Origin: Bacteroidota bacterium
Lineage (GTDB): Bacteria > Bacteroidota > Bacteroidia > AKYH767-A > JABDAW01
Length of the DNA stretch: 64,000 bases
Reading direction: 5' to 3'
Assembly: GCA_013288905.1 (NCBI GenBank)
Contig: JABDAW010000001.1
Location: 7,723 to 71,722 of the forward strand
Shown here: positions 53,502 through 62,400 of the stretch, one piece after another
How the letters are laid out: each line of letters begins with the position of its first letter
How positions within the stretch are numbered: the stretch's first letter is position 1
Translations under genes and position numbers: made by a program
The notes under the pieces: model-generated
The model's database searches: none
What the model saw: the letters and a program-made list of their open reading frames with translations, nothing else
Told to the model about the DNA's origin: nothing

Positions 53502-54953
53502 ATGAAAAGTATAAAGGGTGGAATCGCAGTGGTGTTAATGTTCTTTGGAATGAGTTTTTCCTACGCTCAAATTAACATCACTATAACCGGAACCGTCAAG
53601 AATGCCGGTAATGACAGCGTGTATCTGAAGGTTGATAAATATTTTGTTGGAGATAAGACTGACATTGTCAAGAGTGCTGTGCATAGTGGGACCTTCACGC
53701 TTAATTACAAATTAGATCGCAGCAGAATTGCTGAAATCATTTACAAGAATCAAAGTTTAAAAATCTTTCTTGAGCCTCATGATGAATTAAATATTGATAT
53801 AAATGATACCAGCTTTAGCTTCAGAGAAAAAGGTATGGAGAATGATTATTTCCTGATGGAGTTTTCAGAAAAATTCAAGAAGGACTATGATTCTGCAAGC
53901 CTTCGTGAACACATGCTTAATGATAACATTGATCCATTTGAGATGACTTTATTCGATAGCAGAAAGAAGCAAATGGAATTCTATAAAAACTATTCTCATT
54001 TTAATGATTTGACAAGTTCTTTCAAGACTTATATTGAGAATACAATCAAATATTATTACTACGGAAACCTCTTCTCCTATCCCATTATCCGCGGCAACGC
54101 TGATAAAACGGTATTAATAGTTCCGCATTTGCCTTTGGCAATGATAGAGAATGTGGATGATAACATTGTGAATAACGAGGATGCGATTATCTGTGAAACC
54201 TACCGCACCTTCCTCAACTATTACATCATCTATAAGACTTCGGAAGCCAATGGATTCAATAAGTTCAAGGATTTATCCGTATCTATGGACAGGAAATGCA
54301 CCACTGCCCAAGATCATTTGAAGGGTATTTCTTTTGTTTACTTCCTCTCGAAGTTTTTATATGACAACTGCCAGAACGCTTTGCCATCAATGGATAAGAA
54401 ATGGTTTGCCGTGCTCACGGGTGTTGATAAATCTACAAACTATACCGCCATTGCGAAGTCGAAATGCAGTGATAAGATGAGTCAGAAAGACCCTGTCTCT
54501 GTCCGCACAGATGCTATTATTCCGGCTTCTGATTATACCTTCAAGATGCACGACATGAGCGGGAAGTATGTCAGTCTCACGCAATTCAAGGGAAAGGTTG
54601 TTTATATTGATTTCTGGGCAAGCTGGTGCGGTCCTTGCAGGCAGCAGATGCCATTCTCCAAGGAGTTGCATGGCAAATTGACGGACAAACAAAAGAAGGA
54701 AATCGTTTTCCTTTATATCTCGATAGATGGCTCTGAAGATGCCTGGAAAAAGGCAGTTGATCAAATAGGAATGGAGGGCGTTCTAACCATCAGTCCCGGT
54801 AATTGGGATTCCGAAGTGGTGAAGTTCTTTGGCATCAGCAGCATCCCTCGATATATGATTATGGACAAGCTCGGAAACATCGTGGACAAGGACGCTAAAC
54901 GCCCGAGTTCAGAGGGAATTCTGAATGATTTGACTAAGTTGGCAGAACAATAA
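53502..54953 (+). CDS. TlpA-family thiol:disulfide oxidoreductase with a long N-terminal extension.
   Basis: The C-terminal thioredoxin fold has FWASWCGPCRQQMP (CxxC) and the downstream ..SIPRYMIMD.. motif. Signal peptide at the N-terminus. Confidence 0.8.
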   Translation: MKSIKGGIAVVLMFFGMSFSYAQINITITGTVKNAGNDSVYLKVDKYFVGDKTDIVKSAVHSGTFTLNYKLDRSRIAEIIYKNQSLKIFLEPHDELNIDINDTSFSFREKGMENDYFLMEFSEKFKKDYDSASLREHMLNDNIDPFEMTLFDSRKKQMEFYKNYSHFNDLTSSFKTYIENTIKYYYYGNLFSYPIIRGNADKTVLIVPHLPLAMIENVDDNIVNNEDAIICETYRTFLNYYIIYKTSEANGFNKFKDLSVSMDRKCTTAQDHLKGISFVYFLSKFLYDNCQNALPSMDKKWFAVLTGVDKSTNYTAIAKSKCSDKMSQKDPVSVRTDAIIPASDYTFKMHDMSGKYVSLTQFKGKVVYIDFWASWCGPCRQQMPFSKELHGKLTDKQKKEIVFLYISIDGSEDAWKKAVDQIGMEGVLTISPGNWDSEVVKFFGISSIPRYMIMDKLGNIVDKDAKRPSSEGILNDLTKLAEQ

Positions 54954-55003
54954 GTTGCCAGCACTCATACACCTGCTTTCTATTTAAATTATTCCCAATA
55001 AAA

Positions 55004-55040
55004 AAAGCCCAAGGTAAAATTTACCTTGAGTTTTCTCTTT
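55004..55040 (+). terminator. Rho-independent terminator.
   Basis: Palindrome caaggtaaa a tttaccttg (55010-55028) followed by T-rich agttttctcttt. Confidence 0.55.
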
Positions 55041-55060
55041 AATTAAAAATTAAAATATAC

Positions 55061-55205
55061 TTACTGCATCACTATCTTGCTTTGCAATATGGCATCTTTG
55101 TTTTGTTTTGAAGTGTCACCCTGTAGATTCCTTTGGCAATGGTGGAAAGATCCATCTGGAATTGGTTCTCGCCAACCACCAAAGTATTGGCTTTTGTTCT
55201 TGTAA
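55061..55205 (-). pseudogene. Orphan 3' remnant of a T9SS C-terminal sorting domain, frameshifted.
   Basis: The minus strand reads ...NTLVVGENQFQMDLSTIAKGIYRVTLQNKTK, then after a 1-nt frame change DAILQSKIVMQ*. This is the typical end of a type-A CTD. No upstream ORF is attached. Confidence 0.4.
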
Positions 55206-55606
55206 TAAATCAAGATAGTATATAAACGATAGGTTTTCCAATTATCAAAACCCTTCTGTAGAAAACCTGAAGGGAGCGTGGATAGAATTACCTTTTAGGA
55301 CTTGGGTTCAAAAATCTTTGTAGTGTTTATTTTCATGGTTCCAAAACATTCATGAACAGCAGCATTAGGAATTGATAAGGAATAAAAATTTCTTTGTATA
55401 GAAGTAAAATTTATTGACTTGGAATTGAATAAGGAAGATATAAAATTTCTTCATCAATGCTTAATAGTTTAAGAGCAATATTTGATTCCAAAACATTTGA
55501 ATCAAGAAGCAGAATAAAGATATCCAGAAGTTAAACAATCAGCATTGGAAGTCCAATTTCTAAGCTTATTTGTACCATTTTATTACATAAAAGCAAGGAA
55601 ACATTG

Positions 55607-55860
55607 TGTGGTAGTAATACTACTAATGTTAGAAGTTTTACTTTTAAGCTTAGTAGTTGAACTACCAACATTAGAAGTTTTACTTTTAAGCTTAGTAGTT
55701 GAACTACCAACATTAGAAGTTTTACTACTAAGCTTAGTAGTAAAACTACCAATGTTAGAAGTTTTACTACTAAGCTTAGTAGTTGAACTACCAATGTTAG
55801 AAGTTTTACTACTAAGCTTAGTAGTTGAACTACCATGCTTGAAAGTTTTACTAACAGACA
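55607..55860. repeat. Intergenic 42-bp array (6 units), each unit made of two related 21-mers (ttagaagttttact... / ttagtagttgaact...).
   Basis: ttagaagtttta falls at 55629, 55671, 55713, 55755 and 55797, with a variant at 55839. All three overlapping track ORFs here are repeat artefacts. Confidence 0.95.
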
Positions 55861-55904
55861 ATGTTTCTTTACTTATTAGCATTGAAATGTTGCATCTTGT
55901 CATT

Positions 55905-56072
55905 GAAAAAGAACTTCCTGACCAAGATCTTCAGGAAAGAGATATGGATGTATACCTTTAATGACAGGGAGTTTCGCTTTGATTAATAGAAAAAGGAATT
56001 CCAAATCAAGAACTTCTATAAAGAGATCAGGATGTATTTCTTTAATGATCGGAAGTAGAAAACCTTAATCAT
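55905..56072. repeat. Tandem doublet with an 84-bp (4 x 21) period.
   Basis: gaaaaagaacttcctgaccaagatcttcaggaaagagatatggatgtatacctttaatgac at 55905 matches gaaaaaggaattccaaatcaagaacttctataaagagatcaggatgtatttctttaatgat at 55989. Confidence 0.75.
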
Positions 56073-56200
56073 GAAATGAAAGTTTAAGAATGGGATTATA
56101 AATTTTTATTCCTGAAAGTAGGATATTATTAAAGAAAAACAATACATCCAGGCTCTCCAGAATCGAATGTAGAACAAATTTTAAAAAGTTGAATTGTTTT

Positions 56201-56336
56201 ATTAATTGCCATTGGCTTTAGCCAATGGATAATAATGATCAAATGAATTAAATTTAGCCAAATAGTTTTGAATCTTTTGGCTGAAGCCAAATTGTTATTA
56301 TCCATTATTCCATTGGCTAAAGCCAACGGCAATGAA
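56201..56336. repeat. Cluster of three TTGGCT(N)AGCCAA palindromes. The outer two form a larger inverted repeat.
   Basis: ccattggctttagccaatgg at 56209-56228, ttggctgaagccaa at 56277-56290, and ccattggctaaagccaacgg at 56310-56329. The flanks ttaattgcc.../...ggcaatgaa are also complementary. Confidence 0.85.
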
Positions 56337-56435
56337 TTCATAATCGTGGAAATTTTATGTGCATCTCTAAATTACGTCTTTGTGTTGAATCTTCTTAACT
56401 GCTTTCAAATAATTTTGCATCGACAAAAGATAGAC

Positions 56436-59400
56436 TTACTCTATCACCAGTTTCGTCTGCAAAATCATCTCACCCTTTTCAAGAACCATGAAGTAAACTC
56501 CCTTTGCTATCGGGGTAAGATTCAACTCTGTTTGATTTTCTCCTTTTGTTGCCTGGAAGTCATTATTCAAAATTATTCTTCCGGTAATATCCATTAATCT
56601 TATCTTGAAATTATCATCATTCTCTGAATTGAAAGTTACGATAACATGGTCATAAGCTGGGTTTGGATAGACTTCAAAGGAAGATATTCCATTGTCAGAA
56701 TCATCCCTGTGGGCAAGGGTTGTGAAGACTTGGGTGGCACTAAACGAAGAGACGTTACTTTGTGAAGAATCACAGTTATTTCTTATCTGCCAATCGTAAG
56801 TTGTTGAAGAAGTCAAGCTCGAAAATGTGTAGTGAGTATTTGCTGCTATGATATGAGTTGTCCATGTATTAAGATTATGCAAACTGATGCGAATGGTATA
56901 GTTATAATGACAGGTTGGCTGGGTCCAATTAGCCATTCCGTAAGAAGAACCAATGTTATTGGTGAAAAGATTCGAGGGAATATCGCATACATTAGTCAGC
57001 GTTACGGAAGCTGTTCCGGTACAGCCATTTATACTTGTTACGGTAACGCTATAAGTCCCGGCAGTATTGACATTAGTGGCTTGAGTCGTCGCCCCGTTAC
57101 TCCAATTATAAGAAGCAAATGTCGCACCTGTTTTTATTGTTGTGAAACCGTTGTTACAAAAAGAACCTGTTTGAAGAATAGCAGGAACAGGATTGGGAAG
57201 AAATGAAAGAGATTGATGCGTTACATAATTACAAATGCCGCCATTGGAAACAGTTACATAATAGGTGTTGGTTGTAGTCGCTGTAATGCAGGAAGCGGTA
57301 GCTCCTGTACTCCAATTATAAGATGTATATGTCTGTGTGCAAAGAGTAATAGTATCACCATCACAAACTGATGTGGGACCAGTAATAACAGGAGGATTCA
57401 TGTGCGGATAAACAGTGATTGATGCAGTATCTGTGCCGGTGCAGCCCGTTCCGGTAGTGATGAATACGGAATAAGATCCTGATGTGGTCGCATAAATAGT
57501 GTCAGTAGTAGCTCCTGTATTCCAAAGATAAGTTGCAAAAGAACCTGCAACAAGTCGTATCAAATCACCATGACAAAACTCTGTAATATTCACAGGAACA
57601 ACAGTTATTACATTCACCTGTTGACAAGCAACGGCAGTACAACCGTTGCTATCAGTGACTGTAACACAATAGTCGCCTGTTGCATGAACCGTTATGGCTG
57701 CTGTTGTTGCGCTATTATTCCAAGTATAAGATGACCATGAACCGACATTCAGAATAACTGAATCATCAGGGCAGAAAGTTGTAGGACCATTTGGAATAAT
57801 GACAGGAACAGGGGAAGAGTATGCAATTACAGTAATACAGGCACTTCCCGTACATCCATTGCTATCAGTAACAGTAGCACAATAGTTGCCCGAAGCAGTG
57901 ACAGCAATGGTTTGAGTAGTAGCTCCATCAGACCATGAATAAGAAGTCCATGATCCTGCATTTAAAATTATAAAACCACCTTGACAAAAGTTGGTAGAAC
58001 CAATGGTTGTAATAACAGGTGTTGGATGATTGTAAACAGTTACTATCAAAGATGCAGTTCCTGTGCAGCCATTGGTATTTGTAACTGTCACTGTATAATT
58101 TCCACTTGATGAAACAGGAATAGTTTGTGCGGAAGTCGCGGTATTCCATAGATAAGAAGCGAATGAAGGGCTGACGGTAAGATTAACAGTATCGCCATTG
58201 CAAAAGGCAGTAGGACCATTGGGAATGATAGTAGGAATCGGAAGAGAATAAACAGTTACCGTCAACTGATCTGTACCTGAACAACCGGAAGCAGAAGTAA
58301 CTGTAACGATGTATGTACCGCTTGTGTCAGTAGTGATAGATTGACCGGTATCACCGGTATTCCATTCATAAGACGTGTATGAACCTTCGGTCAATGTAAC
58401 AGAATCTCCACTGCAAAATTGAAGAGGACCGGAAGAAGTTATTGCAGTATTTTGGAAAGGAATCATGGTAATATTAATAGTATCCATTGCAGTACAGGCA
58501 TTTGCATTGGTAACAGTAACTCTATAAGTGCCTGTTGTGAAGGCAGTAATGGTTTCGGTAGTTTCTCCTGTCGCCCATGAATAAGAAGTATAAGAACCGG
58601 CATCAAGAGATACGGAATCGCCCTGACAGAAGGTTGTTTGACCACTTGGAATAATAGAATCTGTAAAAGCAGGATAGACATTTACATCTTGAATTGCAAC
58701 TCCTGTACAACCATTTGCATCTGTAACAGTAATGCTATAGGAACCTGAAAGAGTCACTATTATAGTCTCTGATACTGATCCGATATTCCATAAATAAGAA
58801 GACCATATTCCTGCATCAAGTAGTACAGAATCACCTTGACAAAAAGTTGTGGGACCGCTTGCAGTAATAATTGGGATAGGGTTCGGATTAACAGTAATAT
58901 CAATACATGCAGTGCAAGTGCTGTTATTAGAATAGGTAACAGTAATGCAATAAGTTCCTGAAGTTGATACGGTAATTGTTTCATCAGTACTTCCTGTATT
59001 CCAAAGATAATTTGAAGCGGTGCTTGCTGTTAATAAAACAGAGTCGCCCTGACAGATAGTTGTTGATCCATTGGGTGTGATTGTACAATTATTTGAAATA
59101 ACAGTAATGACAATACATGCTACGCAAGTACAACCATTGCTATCAGTAATGGTAACACAATAAGTTCCGCTTGTATCAGCATTAATTGTTTCTGTTGATT
59201 GCCCGGTATTCCAAAGATACCCAGCCCACATACCTGCATCCAAAGTAACTGAACCTCCCTGGTTAAAAGTAGTAGGACCATCAGGGGTAATGGAACATGT
59301 CGGATTGTTATTCGCAGTAACATTAATACAGGAAGAACAGGAACATCCATTAACATCCATAATAGTAACACAATAGGTGCCTGTTGATGATGCAGTAAGG

Positions 59401-62400
59401 GTTTCAACAGTGCTTCCGTTGTTCCATAGATAAGAAGACCAGAGACCAGCATCCAAAGCTACAGAATCACCACTGCAAAATGTAGTTGAATTATTTGGAG
59501 TAATCGAACAAGCAAGATTATTAGTAACATTAACAGTGATACATGCAGAACCGGTACAGCCATAAAAAGAGTTTACTGTCACACAATAAATACCGGATGC
59601 AGTAACGGTAATTGTTTCTGTGGTATCACCTGTATTCCACCTGTAATTCCGCCATACACCAGCATCTAAGGTCACTGAATCCCCGAAACAGAAATTCACA
59701 GGACCATTAGGAGTTATCAAAGGATTGACACTGTCAGAAATAGTAACGTTTTGTGCACATGTTGAAATATTTCCATGTATATCAATTGTCGTCCAGGTAA
59801 CTACTGTAGTGCCATAGCCAAAATGAACAGGTGCATTATTATAAACAGTATCAATTCCGCAATTATCATGAGTCTGGGGAGTACCAATATCAGGGTGTTT
59901 AGTGCAATTTGCATAATCACGAGGACATATAATAGTGGGAGGTTCGGTATCATTAACGGTAACGGTTTGAAGACATGAGGCAGTGTTCCCTTGACTATCG
60001 GTTACTGTCCATGTCAATGTTGTTGTTCCAATTGGATAGGTTCCGCATTCCTGACCATTACTGTAATTTAAGATCACATTATTGTTAGCAGATTCACTAA
60101 TGGTTAAGTTACCACAACCAGTAATCGCTGGAAGCTCTATACAGATAAAAGCGTTACAACTATCCGTGTCATTAGAGACATTTATTGTGTTTCCACAAGT
60201 AATTGAAATCGGAGCACCCGTTACTTGAATGTCTATACATGCAACACATGTGCAATCGTTATTATCAGATACAATTACACAATATGAACCACTTGAAGTA
60301 ACAGTTATTGTTTCGGTTGTCGCGCCGGAACTCCAGTTATAATGACTCCATGTTCCTGCATCTAAAATTACAGAATCCCCTTCACAGAATATTGTAGGAC
60401 CATTTGGAGTAATACTGCAACTTATGATACCATTTGTAATGGTTATACAAGAAGAGGAAGTGCAACCATAAATATTCGATACTGTAACGCAATAGATACC
60501 TCCGGTAGTGGCAGAAATAACTTCCGAAGTGGTGCCATTTGTCCAGGTATAAGAAGTATAATAGGTATTAGTATTGAAATCATAATTGCCCGCATCAAGA
60601 TTAACAGAGTCTCCATTGCAAACGGTTGTTGGTCCTGAAGGAGTGATTGTTAATGTTGGATTCATGCTTGAATTAATATGAATAGAAGCCATGCCTGTGC
60701 ATCCGTTTGTGTCGGTAACAGTAACAGAATAATTCCCTGCATTGGTAATTGAAATTGTTTCTGCAGTATCATTAGTGCTCCAATTATATGTGGAATAGGA
60801 ACCTGCATTAAGGCTTATGGAATCTCCATTACAAATTGTTGAAGCACCTGTTATTGTTGGCGTTGGATTGGGATTGACAGTTACATCAATACATGCAGTA
60901 GCATTACATCCGCTGAAATCAGTAACAGTCACACAATAGGTTCCGGTTGTGAATGCATCAAGGGAATTATTTGTTGAACCATCACTCCATACCCAGGAAT
61001 AATAGTTGGCTCCGGGAGAGAGATTAACGTAAGATCCCTGGCAAAAGGTGGTAGGTCCGGAAGGGATAATTACAAGGCTGATTGTAGTAATGTCAATTGA
61101 TGCAGATGCAGTACATCCTGAATTTTGACCAGTGATGGTAACGGTATAAATGCCCGTATGATATATCGTTATTGATTGGGTAGTTTCTCCTGTACTCCAT
61201 AAATAGGAACTCGCCTGTTCAGAGGGGTTTGCAGTAAGTATTCTTGATGAATCAGAACATAAATCAGAGGAATTGGCATTGAAGAAAAACACTGTTGGCG
61301 TGGGATAAATATAAATATTGTTCATAGCCGTACAACCATCATTGCCCGTAACCGTTACATAATAATAACCTCCGGTGGTAACTATGAGTGTATCTGTTGT
61401 AGCCCCGTTATTCCACAGAAAAGAACTATAATTTCCACCAGTAACAATGAGAGTTGCAGAATCTCCATTACAAACTGCTGTAGCATTGCTGTTAATTATT
61501 GGAGCAGGAGTTGCGGGATAAACAGTGATGATTAGTGAAGTAGTTCCAGTGCAGCCATTATTATCAGTAACCGTAACAGTATAGGTAGTAGTAGTTGTGT
61601 CGTTTTCATTAATAAAAGAATTAGTACTTCCATTATTCCAAAGGTATGATGAATAGGGAGAACTCGTATTCAAGAATGCAGTTCCATGTCCGCAGAAATT
61701 ATTCCCGAAAGAAGATAAAATCATTGGAACAGGATTAGGATTAACAGTAATATTTATACAAGCTGTACCAGTACATCCATTGGCTCCACCAGAGGCTGTA
61801 ACACAATAAGTACCTGAAGCGGATACCGTAATAGTTTCAGCAGTGCTTCCTGTACTCCAAACGAATGAATTATATTGCCCTGCATCTAAGGAAATAGAAT
61901 CTCCTTCGCAAAAAGTGGTGGGTCCATTAGCAGAAATATTCGGTGAGGTAAGCATTTGAGTTGTAACATTAATACATGCACTGCCGGTACATCCGCTACT
62001 GTCTGTAATCGTTACACAATACATACCAACTGTTGATACATTGATTGAATCTGTAGTGGCTCCTGTATTCCACAAATAGGAACTCCAGGCACCTGCATTT
62101 AATGTTATCGGACCACTGCCACAAAGGTTTTGCGGACCATTATGAGTCAGCGTTATTGAAGGCGGCGGCAAGATGGTAATATTAATACAAGTAACTGCTG
62201 TACATCCATTGGAATCAGTAACAGTAACGCAATAAGGAGAACTCGTTGGAATCACTGCTGTATCCATTTGATCGGTTCCTCCATTAGTCCAAAGATAGGA
62301 TGCATAGCCGCCCCCTGTAACAGAATTCCTTACCAATAAATCAACAGTATCTCCCGGGCAAATGGTTGTAGTTCCATGAATAATTACAGGCAGATCTATG

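Noticed and set aside
55531-55961. Three ORFs with LLSLVVKLLTLVVQ-type 14-aa repeats.
   Set aside because: They are translations of the 42-bp array in three frame/strand combinations. None has an independent start context.
6241-56072. Possibility that the tandem arrays are CRISPR arrays.
   Set aside because: The units are directly adjacent (21 bp head-to-tail) with no unique spacers. There are no cas genes in the window, and the repeat length is below the CRISPR range.
56129-56597. ORFs 56129..56341 (-) and 56268..56597 (+).
   Set aside because: The first spans the TTGGCTAAAGCCAA palindrome cluster. The second runs antisense into the 3' end of the giant adhesin gene.
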